Program-made: the position numbers and the translations under genes
In this document: piece by piece, positions 18,596 through 29,134 of the stretch
How the letters are laid out: every line of letters starts with the position of its first letter
How positions within the stretch are numbered: the first letter of the stretch is position 1
Notes under the pieces: generated by a model
Told to the model about the DNA's origin: nothing
The model's input: the letters and a program-made list of their open reading frames with translations, nothing else
Database searches by the model: none
DNA from: Candidatus Latescibacterota bacterium
GTDB lineage: Bacteria > Latescibacterota > UBA2968 > UBA8231
NCBI GenBank assembly: GCA_964291625.2
Contig: OZ220089.1
Coordinates: forward strand, 3,360,001 to 3,424,000
DNA: 64,000 bases
Direction of reading: 5' to 3'

Positions 18596-19984
18596 CTATT
18601 CGAAGAGCAGCACCCCGAAGCGGTCGGGGCGGTGGGCGTTGCCGTAGGTCGGCACCCACTGGCCGTACTCCGAGGCGTTGCCGATGCGCACGCGGGCCAC
18701 GTTGAAGCCCCACTCCACGCCCGGCGCGGCGGGGCCCTCCTCCAGCTGCGCCGTCGGGATCGCCGCTTCGACGACCCAGAAGGTGTCGGCCACGGCGGTG
18801 CCCACCTCGATGGCGCCGGTCCATGAATCGCCCGGCCGTCGGGGCCCGTGGTGGCTGTCCTGGATCGTGCCGAGGGTGTTGAGGATGAAGTGATAGAATG
18901 ACTGGCTGTCGCGGTTGCTGTCGATGAAGATCTCCAGGCAGTCGTCGGTGTGGACGTCGCCGTCCCGCTCCGTCTCCGCCGCCACGAGGTTCGCCGTGTT
19001 CGGCTCGTAGCCCTTCACGGCGACGAAGAGGGTGTCGGCGCGGTAGCCGATCCAGGCCTCCGAGCGGCCCTCGGTGGGCCGCACCGTGAGCCGCCAGATG
19101 CACTGGTAGAACTCGGTCACCGGCTGCACCGGCCGCCACGCCGGCTCGTCGAGGAGACCATCGATGCGCGGGCTCTCCTTCAAGGCGGGCACGCGCGCCA
19201 CCATGCCGAGCTTCTCCAGGTACTCCCGGCCGCGGTCCGGGTCGCCGTTGGCGTAGAACAGCTTGCCGAGCTTCTGGTGGATGTTGACGCTCCCCGGCGC
19301 CAGCTCCAGCGCCGAGAGCAGCACCTCCTCGGCGCCGGCCGCGTCGGCCGCGAGAAAGAGCCTCTCCGCCTCCCCCGCCAGGTCCTCGGCCAGCACCTCC
19401 AGCCACTCCCGGGCGGCCTCTCGCAGCTCCTCCGGCTGCCCGGTGGCGATCAGGTCCTGCAGCAGGGCGGCGAAGCTCTCCTTCTGGGCCGCGTCCAGCA
19501 TGTCGGGGTCCACCCGCGTGCCCCAGTCGTCGTGCCAGTCGGAGGACATGAACTCGAGGGCGGCCAGGATCTCGCCCTTCATGGCCGGATCGGTCTCGGC
19601 CTCGAAGCGCGCCAGCAGCGGGGGCACGGCCTCGGGCCGACGCAGGTTGCCGAGGGCGCGGGCGACGCCCGCGCGCACCCGCGGCTCCGGGTCCTCCAGC
19701 CCGGCCACGAGGCTGGCGAAGATGCGGTTGTCGGCCTCGCGCAGGTAGAGCCGGTAGAGGGACTCGGCCAGGTCGGCGCGGGCCCTGGCCGGCAGGGAGC
19801 GGTCCTCGAAGGCGGCGATCAGCGGATCGACGGCCGTGCCCTTGGCCATGTTCAGGGCCAGCCGCGCTTCCTCGAGATCACCGTCGCCCTCGACGATGGT
19901 ATCGATGTGGCGCTCCACGGGGTCGCCGCAGGCCGCCGGCCCGCCGAGGGCGCCTGCGAGGAGGAGGGCGCGCGCCGGGATCAC
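18596..19984 (-). CDS. Lipoprotein with HEAT repeats, TPR and C-terminal CBM9-like domain
   Basis: GTG start overlapping the upstream stop; AACG lipobox-like motif; DPEPRVRAGVARALG HEAT repeat; PRIDGLLDEPAW...DCLEIFID CBM9-like domain. Confidence 0.75.
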   Translation of the reverse strand: MIPARALLLAGALGGPAACGDPVERHIDTIVEGDGDLEEARLALNMAKGTAVDPLIAAFEDRSLPARARADLAESLYRLYLREADNRIFASLVAGLEDPEPRVRAGVARALGNLRRPEAVPPLLARFEAETDPAMKGEILAALEFMSSDWHDDWGTRVDPDMLDAAQKESFAALLQDLIATGQPEELREAAREWLEVLAEDLAGEAERLFLAADAAGAEEVLLSALELAPGSVNIHQKLGKLFYANGDPDRGREYLEKLGMVARVPALKESPRIDGLLDEPAWRPVQPVTEFYQCIWRLTVRPTEGRSEAWIGYRADTLFVAVKGYEPNTANLVAAETERDGDVHTDDCLEIFIDSNRDSQSFYHFILNTLGTIQDSHHGPRRPGDSWTGAIEVGTAVADTFWVVEAAIPTAQLEEGPAAPGVEWGFNVARVRIGNASEYGQWVPTYGNAHRPDRFGVLLFE

Positions 19985-21363
19985 TTGATGTCGTAGCGCA
20001 GGAAGGAGAGGTAGGCGGCCATGAAGAACAGGACGGTCCATGCGGCCAGGAGCATCACGTCGGGCAGCACCGCGGCCAGGCGTTCGGCCACGGGCGTGGG
20101 CTGGTAGACCCAGCGCGGACGGCCGCTGAGGTCGTGCCGCTCCCCCATGCGCTGCTCCGCCCAGGCGCGGCTGTAGAGCTCGGTCACGAAGACCGTCAGG
20201 CGGCGGCGGTACTCGGGCAGGCTCTGCCGGAAGCGGCGGTCCTCGGTGAGGCCGGCGCCGGTCAGCTCGGTGGCGGCGTAGGCGAAGGAGGAGAAGGGGG
20301 AGAGGCGCGACAGGTTCCGGGCCACCGACACCTGGGCGGCCAGCTCGTTGGCGTAGCGGCCCTCGATGCGGCCCTCGTCGTCGATCCTCTGCAGCACCCG
20401 CTTCTGCCATCGCAGGTTCCACATCGTCCCCCAGCGTCCGTCGTCCCCCCAGCGCTCGATCTCGGGGTTCTGTTCCTGGAACTCGTCGATCTCGGCAGCG
20501 AAGGCCTCGCCGGCGGCCTCGTCGCTGGCCGTCTTCTCCTCCTCCACCTCCATGAAGTTGCGCAGGGGCACCGCCTCGGCCGCCAGGTAGGGCGCCACGT
20601 TGGGGACCACCAGGATCATCAGCACCCAGGCCATGAGCAGGACCGTGATCGACGTCGAGGCCAGGTGGGTGCGGGTCGAGACCAGGACCCCCATCCCGTA
20701 GACGGCGGCCAGGTAGAGCAGGCCCACGGCGACCAGCAGCAGCAGGGCGATCCAGTCCTGCTCTCCCAGCTCGACGCCGGGGATCACCACGACCACCACG
20801 AGGGCGGCGGTGACGGCCAGCAGGAAGGGCGCCGTCAGGGCCAGGTAGCCGCCCGTCCACTTGGCCAGCAGCACCAGGTCCCGGGGCGCCGAGTACGACA
20901 TGAGCAGCTTGAGCGTGCCCGACTCCTTCTCGCCCGAGACGGCGTCGTAGCCGAAGGCGAGGGCCAGCAGGCTCATGACGACGCCGATGAAGAACAGCAT
21001 GTCCACGGGCGGGAAGAGGTACGACACGGGGTTGACCTCGTGCTCCGCCTCGAAGATCGGCTGCTGCTCATGGGTGATCCGGGCCGAGACCACCAGCCTC
21101 GGGTCGATGCCGCGCACGAAGATCCGCATCGGACTCAGGGGCTTGTCGATGACGACGCCGTCGTCCCAGATGTCGCCGCTCTCCTCGAGCTCGTTGTCGT
21201 GCATCACCACGTTCGTGCGGTAGTCGGCCAGGGCCTCCTTGTAGTCGCGGGTCAGCACCACGGCGCTGGAGAGGGTGATCACCAGGCAGATGATGCAGGC
21301 CATGGCGAAGCGCAGGCTCAACAGCTGCTCGAGCAGCTCCTTGCGGATCAGGTGGGCGAGCAC
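19981..21363 (-). CDS. ABC transporter permease (ABC-2/NosY-like)
   Basis: YDAVSGEKESGTLKLLMS...LLAKW motif; ends LRYDIK. Confidence 0.85.
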   Translation of the reverse strand: MLAHLIRKELLEQLLSLRFAMACIICLVITLSSAVVLTRDYKEALADYRTNVVMHDNELEESGDIWDDGVVIDKPLSPMRIFVRGIDPRLVVSARITHEQQPIFEAEHEVNPVSYLFPPVDMLFFIGVVMSLLALAFGYDAVSGEKESGTLKLLMSYSAPRDLVLLAKWTGGYLALTAPFLLAVTAALVVVVVIPGVELGEQDWIALLLLVAVGLLYLAAVYGMGVLVSTRTHLASTSITVLLMAWVLMILVVPNVAPYLAAEAVPLRNFMEVEEEKTASDEAAGEAFAAEIDEFQEQNPEIERWGDDGRWGTMWNLRWQKRVLQRIDDEGRIEGRYANELAAQVSVARNLSRLSPFSSFAYAATELTGAGLTEDRRFRQSLPEYRRRLTVFVTELYSRAWAEQRMGERHDLSGRPRWVYQPTPVAERLAAVLPDVMLLAAWTVLFFMAAYLSFLRYDIK

Positions 21364-21370
21364 GGCGTCC

Positions 21371-22759
21371 TCAGGTCACGTCGTAGCGCAGGAAGAACAG
21401 GTAGGAGAGCAGGAAGAACAGGACGTTGAAGACCACCAGCAGCAGCACGTCGAAGAGCACGGCGTCGACCACCGCGTCCAGGCGCGCCTGCTCGATCCGC
21501 AGCGCCGGCCAATGGTCGACCTGCAGCCAGCCGTCGTCGGGCATGTCCTCGTCGTTGTCGTGGTATTCCTCGTCCCACTCCCACCAGTGCTCGGAGAACT
21601 CCTCGCCGTAGCGCCGGACGGCGGTCTCGAAGGCGGTGAAGAGGTCGGCGCCGGTGCCGGCCAGGTCGCTGGCGGCGAGCACGAAGCTGGCCGACGGCGA
21701 GGCGCGGGCCAGGTTGCGGCTCAGCTCGACCTGGCCGCGCAGCCGGTCCCGGTAGTACTGGTCGATCCGGTCCTTGCGCGCCTGTCCCTGCTTCTCGATC
21801 TCGTCGGTCATCTCCTCGGCCTCGCGGCCGTAGCCGAGCATGTTCCGTGCGACCCGCTGCACGCCGATCTGGGTCTCGCGGTCCACGGCGGCCTTCTCGG
21901 CCTCGATCTTCTGCAGGGTCGGCACCGGCACCGCCAGGCGGGCCACCACCGGGGCCAGGTTGGGGATGACGAGGATCCAGCAGATCCACACGAAGAGGGA
22001 GACGAGGAGCGCCGTCGACGCCTTGTGGGTGAGGGTGGAGATGAGCATGCCGAGGGCGAAGAACACGGAGACGTAGAGGAGGGATACGCCGGCGATCCAC
22101 AGGAAGCGCGACAGGAAGTCGGCGTCGACGTGCACGTTTCCGGTGAGGACCACGTAGGTGAAGGCGGCGAAGAGGGCGGCCGCCAGGGGCACGGCGAGGG
22201 AGAGATAGCCGCCGATCCACTTGCCGAGCAGCACCAGGTCCCGGGGCACGCGGTTGGCCAGCAGGACCTTCAGGGTGCCCCGCTCCTTCTCGCCGCAGAC
22301 GGCGTCGAAGACGAAGAGCAGGGCCAGCAGCGAGATGACGATGTTGGCGATGTAGGCGTAGTCGGGGGAGGCGAAGAGCCGGAAGAGAGGGTTCCGGTAG
22401 CGGTCGTCGTCGACGGGGCGCACGTGCCACAGGGAGACGTTGACCTGCGTCGGCAGGCGGTCCTCCAGGCCCTTGACGAAGATGCTCGCGGGCCGGGGCG
22501 CGCGGTCGCCGTAGAACCCGCTGCCCCCGAAGAGGATGTCGTGGAGGGCCTCGTCGGGCTCCTCGGCCTCCTGCACCGACCGGACCTGCTCGTGGTGCCG
22601 GGCGGCGGCGGCCTCGTGCAGGCGCAGGGACCGCTCGTAGCCGCGGGTCATGGTGAAGACGCTCACCAGGGTGAGCACGAAGAACAGGACGAAGGTCACG
22701 GCGAAGCGCAGGCTGAGGACGCCGAGGACGATCTCCTTGCGGATCAGGGACAGCAGCAT
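21371..22759 (-). CDS. ABC transporter permease (paralog of the adjacent gene)
   Basis: FDAVCGEKERGTLKVLLAN...LLGKW motif; ends LRYDVT. Confidence 0.85.
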   Translation of the reverse strand: MLLSLIRKEIVLGVLSLRFAVTFVLFFVLTLVSVFTMTRGYERSLRLHEAAAARHHEQVRSVQEAEEPDEALHDILFGGSGFYGDRAPRPASIFVKGLEDRLPTQVNVSLWHVRPVDDDRYRNPLFRLFASPDYAYIANIVISLLALLFVFDAVCGEKERGTLKVLLANRVPRDLVLLGKWIGGYLSLAVPLAAALFAAFTYVVLTGNVHVDADFLSRFLWIAGVSLLYVSVFFALGMLISTLTHKASTALLVSLFVWICWILVIPNLAPVVARLAVPVPTLQKIEAEKAAVDRETQIGVQRVARNMLGYGREAEEMTDEIEKQGQARKDRIDQYYRDRLRGQVELSRNLARASPSASFVLAASDLAGTGADLFTAFETAVRRYGEEFSEHWWEWDEEYHDNDEDMPDDGWLQVDHWPALRIEQARLDAVVDAVLFDVLLLVVFNVLFFLLSYLFFLRYDVT

Positions 22760-22850
22760 GAGAATGAAGAGGGATACCTGGCCGTGGTGGGGGTGGCGGC
22801 CAAGTGTAGGGGTCGGGGTGCTACAGTATCAACGGAGGATTTCTGCGAAG

Positions 22851-24346
22851 ATGGCTGGTCGAGCAAGGAGAGACCCCGCAACGGCTTCCCTGGGCGCCTG
22901 GCTTCAGAAGCAGACCAAGGCGGAGCTGGTGTCGCTGGTGACCTCCCTGGCCCGGTCCCATGAGGAAGTGCGCCGGTCGCTCATGGATCGCCAAAGCCCG
23001 GGCTCGGGGAGGGGTCACGCAATCGTGCAGTCGATCCGCGAGGAGATCGCGACCTGGGAAGAGGAGGACTGGGGCGAGTACCACGGCCTCCCGCCGCATG
23101 GAGCGGAGCGCCTCCACGCGGCGCTCAGGGCGCTGGTGAAGTCCGGGCAGGCCGCGGCGTCGGTAGAGCTGGGGCCGGAGCTGGCGGCCGCCGCCACCCA
23201 GGCGCTGGAAGAGGAGGAAGAAGGAGAGTCCGGGCCCGAACTCGCCGCCTGCCTGGCCGTCCTGTTCAGGGCCCTGGACAGCCTCTCCCTGTCCCCGGCC
23301 GACGAGGTGGAATGGTCCGTGGACATGTCGCTGGCCGACGAGTACGGCCTCTGCGATGAGCGGGTCGAGCGGGTGTGGCAGAAGCGGCGCTCGAAGAAGG
23401 AGTGGTCCGCGGTGGCCGACCGGCTGGCGGAGCGTCTCCAAGCCACGGAGCCGGAAGAGGGGCGCGACTACGTCGCCGACTGGCTGATCCGCGCCCTGGA
23501 AGAGGCCGGCCGCCGGGACGAGATCATCCCCCTGTGCGAGCGCGAGGCGCCGGTCACCTTCAACTACGAGCGCCTGGTGGAGCGCCTCATGGCCGAGGAC
23601 CGCTGGGAAGAGGCCCGGCGCTGGTGCCGCCAGGGGATCGAGGCCCTTCCCTTCGACCAGCCGGAGATCGAAGACGAACTGCTCCGGCAGCTGCTGACGA
23701 TCAACGAGGGCAGCGGCGATTCTCCCGAGGGGCTGTCCCTGCAGGCCGAGGGATTCTTCGCCGACCCCAGCGTGTCCGGCTTCCAGGCCTTGTGCAAGGG
23801 GGCCCGCAGGGCGCGCCTGGGCGAAGCCGTCGAGGCCTGGGCCCGGCACTACCTGGAGACGGGCCGCCGCCCCGGGGCCGGCAGAAAGCGCAGGGGTGAT
23901 CCGGCCGCCGCCTGGCCCCTGCCGCCCCCCGAGGTGCGGTTGCGCCCTTACGTCTCGCCGGCCGATGCGCCCATGACCCTGATATGACCCAGCTGGCCAT
24001 TGCCGAGAACAAGCCGGACGAGGTGCTGAAGTGGTTCGATCATCCCCGCCGCAGGAAGGGCGGATTCGGGCTGTATGACTATCACCTCGACATGGAGGTT
24101 GCCGAGGCCGTCAAGGCCGCCCATCCGGACCGCGCGGTGGCCATCTGGAAGGAGTCGGCAGAGAACCACATCGCCCGGGTGAACGCCCGGGGATACGAGG
24201 CAGCGGAGCCCTACCTTCGGGAGATGAAGGGCGCCTTCACCCAGGCCGGGCGCAGGCACGAATGGGAGGAGTACCTGGCTTCCCTGCGCGAGCGCAACCG
24301 CCGCCGCCCGCGGTGCCTGGAGGTCCTGGACCGGCTGGAGGGTTGA
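22851..24346 (+). pseudogene. Helical-repeat hypothetical protein (resembles SWIM-associated proteins), split into 22851-23987 and 23984-24346
   Basis: Inserting one base at ATATGA (~23983) joins the ORFs as ...APMTLIxTQLAIAENKPDEVL...; two genes with an ATGA overlap is also possible. Confidence 0.5.
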
Positions 24347-24397
24347 CGCCGGCGGATGGACGCGGTGATCCGCCGGATCGTCCCCATGGCGGCCGGG

Positions 24398-24793
24398 TTA
24401 CGTCCAGTCCTCGACGGCCAGCCCGGAGATCCTGTCGAACTCCCTGACGTTGTTGGTGACGACGGTCAGCCGGCGGGAGAGAGCCACGGACGCGATCTGG
24501 GTGTCCCGTTCACTGATCGGCTGTCCGCTCTCCTCGAGTTGGGCGCGCACCCGGGCGTACCTCCGCGCGGCGGCCTCGTCGAAGGGATGCAGTTGCAGCT
24601 GGGACAGGATGCTGGCGATTCGGTGGCGGCGCTCTTCCTTTCTCGACGGGGACTTCTCGATGCCGTAGAGAATCTCCGCGAGAGTGATGGACGACAGGGA
24701 CAGTTCGGAGGGTGCGTGGCTCCGCACCCGGCGCAGGACCTCGGGGTGACGGCGCATCCAGTGGCTGACGATGTTGGTATCGAGGAGGAACAT
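24398..24793 (-). CDS. vapC: VapC PIN-domain toxin
   Basis: [14 protein letters not shown] and VTNNVREF motifs. Confidence 0.93.
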   Translation of the reverse strand: MFLLDTNIVSHWMRRHPEVLRRVRSHAPSELSLSSITLAEILYGIEKSPSRKEERRHRIASILSQLQLHPFDEAAARRYARVRAQLEESGQPISERDTQIASVALSRRLTVVTNNVREFDRISGLAVEDWT

Positions 24794-25032
24794 CAGCCTG
24801 GATCATCCAGATCGACATCCGCCGTGGGCAGCGGAGACGGGGTCTCGAAGTCGGGATCCGGAGCGAAGGCGTCCCAGAAGCCGGCGGGCCACCGCGTCTG
24901 CTCCAGCGGTTCGAGGATGACCCGGTCCCCCTCCCTGGAGATGCGGACCTCGGTGCCCCGGAAGCGGAACTCCTTGGGCAACCGAACGGCCTGGGAGCGT
25001 CCATTGACGAACAGCTTGGCGATTGTGGCCAT
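24793..25032 (-). CDS. vapB: VapB (AbrB-type) antitoxin
   Basis: [20 protein letters not shown]; 1-nt overlap with vapC. Confidence 0.93.
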   Translation of the reverse strand: MATIAKLFVNGRSQAVRLPKEFRFRGTEVRISREGDRVILEPLEQTRWPAGFWDAFAPDPDFETPSPLPTADVDLDDPG

Positions 25033-25048
25033 GGGGTCCTCCTGGTGA

Positions 25049-25068
25049 GATATATACCAGTATACATC
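25049..25068. promoter_or_regulatory. Putative vapBC autoregulatory operator
   Basis: AT-rich near-palindrome GATATATAC-CA-GTATACATC 16 nt upstream of the vapB start. Confidence 0.6.
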
Positions 25069-25086
25069 ACATGGCTTCGCCGCGCC

Positions 25087-26439
25087 ATGTCAGTCCTGCC
25101 CTGTCTCGCCGCGCTGGCCGGATGCGGGGACTCCGGCCCCACGGGCCCCGGCTCCCGTCCCGCTGCGATGGAGGTGGTCTCAGGCGCCGCCCAGCGGGCG
25201 GTGCCGGGATTCCCCCTGGCCGAGCCCGTCGTCGTCGAGGTGGTCGACGCCCAGGGCCGGCCCGTCCCCGGCGTGACCGTCGCCTTCGCGCCCGCCGCCG
25301 GCCACGGAAGCGCCGACCCGGCCTCGGCCGCCACGGGGCGGGACGGCCGGGCCGCCTCCACCTGGACCCTCGGCGCCGGCATCGGCGCGCAGAGCCTTCA
25401 GGTCTCGGCGGCGGACACCGTCCTCTCGGTGGCCGCCGAAGCCGTCGATCTCGACGGCGAGCTGGACGCCCTCTTCGCGCCGGCTTCGCCCGCGGAGGTG
25501 GCCGCCGTCCGCTCCGACTGGGCCGGCCGGGACGTCTCGGCCAGCGCCGTGGCGGTGGAGCTCGTCGAGGCGTTCTCCCTGGCCGGCAGGGCGTGCACCC
25601 TGCGGGTCCTCTCCCACCGGGTGGCGGGGGTCCTGCACTACGGCGCCGTCATCGTGCCCGACGGGTCGGCCGCGGAGAGCCTGCCGCTTCTCCTCTACCT
25701 GCACGGCGGGGACAGCGGCGTCTCCCTTGACGAGCTCCAGATCGTCGGCTTCGCCCTCGGCCCGCTGGCGGACCGCTTCGTCTACGTGGTCGCCTCCTTC
25801 CGGGCGGAGCCCCTGCGCCACGGCGGCGAGAGCTGGACCTCCGAGGGCCCGGCGAGCCCGTGGGACCACGACGTGGACGACACCCTGGCGCTGGTCAACG
25901 CGGTCTTCGAGTCGACGCCGGAGGCCCGCCCCGGGGGGATGGCCGTCGTCGGCGGCAGCCGGGGGGCGGGGGTGGCCCTGCTGGCGGGGATCCGCGACGA
26001 GCGCATCGAGCGCATCATCGCCCTCTTCGGCCCCACGGACTTCTACGGCGACTGGGTCCGCCAGATCGCCCGCGACGCGGCCCTGGGGCAGCCCCGCGAC
26101 CTGCCGGGGGTTGCCCACCTCGACTCCACCGTCATCGCGCCCTACATCCGCGGGGAGATCCCCCTGCCGGAGGCGCGCCTGGAGATCGTCCGCCGCTCCG
26201 CCGTGCTCTTCGCCGACGACCTGCCGCCGGTGCAGCTCCATCACGGCACCGCCGACGACGTCGTCCCAGTGAGCCAGGCCGAGTCCCTCATGGGGACGAT
26301 GGACGCCCTGGGGCGGACGCCGCCCGGCTTCGAGGCCTTCATCTACCCCGGGGGCCGCCACGACCTTCTCTCCCTCGACGGGCTCATCCCCCGGGCGGCG
26401 GTGTTTCTCCGGGACTGGTTCGCGTCCCTGGGCGGATGA
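25087..26439 (+). CDS. Lipoprotein with Ig-like (Big) domain and S9-like alpha/beta hydrolase
   Basis: LAGC lipobox; LYLHGG, GGSRG nucleophile, HGTADDVV and GRH motifs; start uncertain. Confidence 0.8.
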   Translation: MSVLPCLAALAGCGDSGPTGPGSRPAAMEVVSGAAQRAVPGFPLAEPVVVEVVDAQGRPVPGVTVAFAPAAGHGSADPASAATGRDGRAASTWTLGAGIGAQSLQVSAADTVLSVAAEAVDLDGELDALFAPASPAEVAAVRSDWAGRDVSASAVAVELVEAFSLAGRACTLRVLSHRVAGVLHYGAVIVPDGSAAESLPLLLYLHGGDSGVSLDELQIVGFALGPLADRFVYVVASFRAEPLRHGGESWTSEGPASPWDHDVDDTLALVNAVFESTPEARPGGMAVVGGSRGAGVALLAGIRDERIERIIALFGPTDFYGDWVRQIARDAALGQPRDLPGVAHLDSTVIAPYIRGEIPLPEARLEIVRRSAVLFADDLPPVQLHHGTADDVVPVSQAESLMGTMDALGRTPPGFEAFIYPGGRHDLLSLDGLIPRAAVFLRDWFASLGG

Positions 26440-26521
26440 TCGGGCGGAGGGCGCACCGGGTAGCCGGAGCCGGGCTCTCATTCCTTAGTATTGAAGGCAA
26501 CCAGAAAAAGGGGGAACGACG

Positions 26522-29125
26522 ATGAAACGGGCACTCGCGGTGGCGTTGATGGCGGCCCTTGCGCCTCCATCCGGGGCGGATCCCGCGGACCGGCCGGGCG
26601 AGAACATCGCCCTGGGGGCCAGCTACACGCTGGAGCCCGGGCCGAACTACGGGCTCTGCACCGAGCCCGGCGACTACGAGCAGCTGACGGACGGAGTGTA
26701 CACCGACGGCTACTTCTGGGCGCAGCTGTCGACGGTGGGGTGGCAGGAGAAGACGCCCTCGGTCTTCACCCTGGACCTGGGCGAGGTGAGGCCGATACGG
26801 GGGGTCTCCTTCAACACGGCGGCGGGGTTCGCGGACGTGAGATGGCCCCTGACGATCCGCATCCTCGTGGCGGGTGAGGACGAGCAGTTCCACGAGATCG
26901 GGGACCTGGTGGAGCTGAGCGCGCAGCAACACGGTCCGCTCGTGCCCAAGAGGGCGGGCCATGTCTTGCCGGTGAGCTTCAACGAGGCCGAGATACATCA
27001 TCACTACGACGCCAACCGGGACCGCTACCCGCAGAAGATGACCCCCGATCTGCGCGAGCGGATCCTCCGCGATCTCCACGAAGCCCTCGCCATCCAGTAC
27101 GGGACGTACCGGTACTGGACGGACCGGCTGCGGGCGCACGGCCGCTATGTCAGCCTCGTGGTGTGGAACGAGCCCTACACCTTCGTGGACGAGATCGAGG
27201 TCTACGCGGGAGAGCCGGAGTGGGTGAACGAGCCTCTTCCGGGTCCCGCCATCTCGGACGTGAAGGAGTACGCGGGTCGGCTCGCCATCCAGAAGGGGAT
27301 CCGCACGCGTCTTGCGCGGGACATCGAGTCCCTCAGGGAGGCGGCGGAAGAAGAGGGCGTCCCGCCGCAGACCCGGAGTGACGTGCTGGCCGAGCTGGCG
27401 GCCGTGGAAGGGGAGATGGGGCCGGCCACGGACTTCGGGGACGACTTCCAGGCCGTGCTGCCCCTGAATCCCTGGCATGCGAGGGTGCTTCGCACACAGG
27501 CGTGGCTGTGGCGCGCCAGGGGCCTGGAGCCGCTCGTGCTCTGGCGCCCGAACCTGTGGGATCCGGTGCCCCTCGTCGGCGTGCCGGACACGTCGGCCGA
27601 GCTGGCCGTCGAGGTCCACCTGATGCGCGGGGAGCACCGCGCGGCGGCGTTCAACGTGAGCAACAGCCGTGACGAACCGATGGAGGTGGCCTTCCGTCTG
27701 AGCGGCCTTCCCGGGGGGGACAATCCGGGGTACGTGACCGTTCACGAGGTGGTCTGGACCGACACCCGGAGAGGGGACCCGGTGGCTGCGGCCCTGCCCG
27801 AGGTCGCCGCGGGCGAGGACGGTCTGTACACGGTCTCCGTGCCCTCGGGCATGACCCGCCAGGTGTGGTTCACCTTCCATCCGGTGGACGTGGAGCCGGG
27901 CGCCCACGAGGGCGAGATCGTCGTGGAGTCCGTGCCCGGCGGCCAGCGGTTCCCGCTGCGCATGCACCTGTATCCCCTGGACTTCCCGGAGCAGCAGTCG
28001 CTGCACATGGGCGGATGGGACTACACGGACCGCATCGGCCACTTCCCTTTCATAACAGGCCAGAACCGGCTGGCGATCATCGAGCACCTGCGGGAACGCC
28101 GCGTCGACTCGCCCTGGGCCCTCAAGCTGGCCCTGCCGCGGGGCACTCACGATGCCCGGGGGAAGATGACTGCGCCGCCCTCCACCGACTACTTCGACGC
28201 CTGGATCGGCCTGTGGCCGGACGCGCCCCAGTACCTCGTCTTCGCGAAGGTGGGAAGGCACTTCGAGTCGTTGCCCATGGGCACGCCGGAGTTCGACACG
28301 GCGGTCAAGGCCTGGGTCACGTTCTGGGCGGAGCACATGAAGGCGAGTGGATTGCGGCCGGAACAGTTCGGGCTGCTCCTGGTGGATGAGCCGGACGAGC
28401 CCTGGCAGGACGAGCGCATCCTGGCGTGGGCCAGGCCCATCCGCGAGGCCGACACGGGAGTCCGCATCTGGGAGGATACGACCCACCGGGACATGGAACG
28501 GGCGAACCAGGAGATGATCGACGCGTGCCACGTCCTGTGCCCGAACTACGTCAGCTTCCTGACGCGGGGCCAGGAGTACCGCGACTACTACCTGAAGAAG
28601 CGGGACCAGGGGATCGGGCTGGAGTTCTACGCGGCGTGGACGAGCCGGATCTGGGATCCGTACGCGTGCCGGCTCACGGCGTGGACGAGCTGGCGCTTCG
28701 GGGCGTCGGCGTTCTACATGTGGTCGCTCACCGACACGGGCGGAGCGTCATCGTGGAACGAGTATCTCACCATCAAGGACGCGTACTCGCCGATCTTCAT
28801 CGACGAGGACTCGGTGACGGCCGGGAAACATCTCGAGGCGATGCGGGAAGGGGTGCAGGACTACGAGTACTTCGCCATGCTGGACCGGGCGATCCGGAAA
28901 GCGTCCGCCCGGGGGAGGGCGGGGCCCGAGGTGGAGAAGGCCCGGCTGCTGCTGGAGAGCCTGCCGGCGAGTGTCTGCGATGCCGCCGGCCACGGCGGGG
29001 CGGAGATCGCCTCCGACCAGCCCCTGGGCGGCTTCCACTGGTTCAACGAGACCGTCGACCGCACCCTGGCCGACAAGGCGCGGGTGCAGGTGTTGGCGGC
29101 CCTGACGGAGCTGGCCGGGGAGTAG
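26522..29125 (+). CDS. Large secreted protein with discoidin-like N-terminus and DUF4091/GH123-like C-terminus
   Basis: Signal peptide; QLTDG...LDLG; VDEP; LEAMREGVQDYEY. Confidence 0.65.
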   Translation: MKRALAVALMAALAPPSGADPADRPGENIALGASYTLEPGPNYGLCTEPGDYEQLTDGVYTDGYFWAQLSTVGWQEKTPSVFTLDLGEVRPIRGVSFNTAAGFADVRWPLTIRILVAGEDEQFHEIGDLVELSAQQHGPLVPKRAGHVLPVSFNEAEIHHHYDANRDRYPQKMTPDLRERILRDLHEALAIQYGTYRYWTDRLRAHGRYVSLVVWNEPYTFVDEIEVYAGEPEWVNEPLPGPAISDVKEYAGRLAIQKGIRTRLARDIESLREAAEEEGVPPQTRSDVLAELAAVEGEMGPATDFGDDFQAVLPLNPWHARVLRTQAWLWRARGLEPLVLWRPNLWDPVPLVGVPDTSAELAVEVHLMRGEHRAAAFNVSNSRDEPMEVAFRLSGLPGGDNPGYVTVHEVVWTDTRRGDPVAAALPEVAAGEDGLYTVSVPSGMTRQVWFTFHPVDVEPGAHEGEIVVESVPGGQRFPLRMHLYPLDFPEQQSLHMGGWDYTDRIGHFPFITGQNRLAIIEHLRERRVDSPWALKLALPRGTHDARGKMTAPPSTDYFDAWIGLWPDAPQYLVFAKVGRHFESLPMGTPEFDTAVKAWVTFWAEHMKASGLRPEQFGLLLVDEPDEPWQDERILAWARPIREADTGVRIWEDTTHRDMERANQEMIDACHVLCPNYVSFLTRGQEYRDYYLKKRDQGIGLEFYAAWTSRIWDPYACRLTAWTSWRFGASAFYMWSLTDTGGASSWNEYLTIKDAYSPIFIDEDSVTAGKHLEAMREGVQDYEYFAMLDRAIRKASARGRAGPEVEKARLLLESLPASVCDAAGHGGAEIASDQPLGGFHWFNETVDRTLADKARVQVLAALTELAGE

Positions 29126-29134
29126 AGGCGGCGA

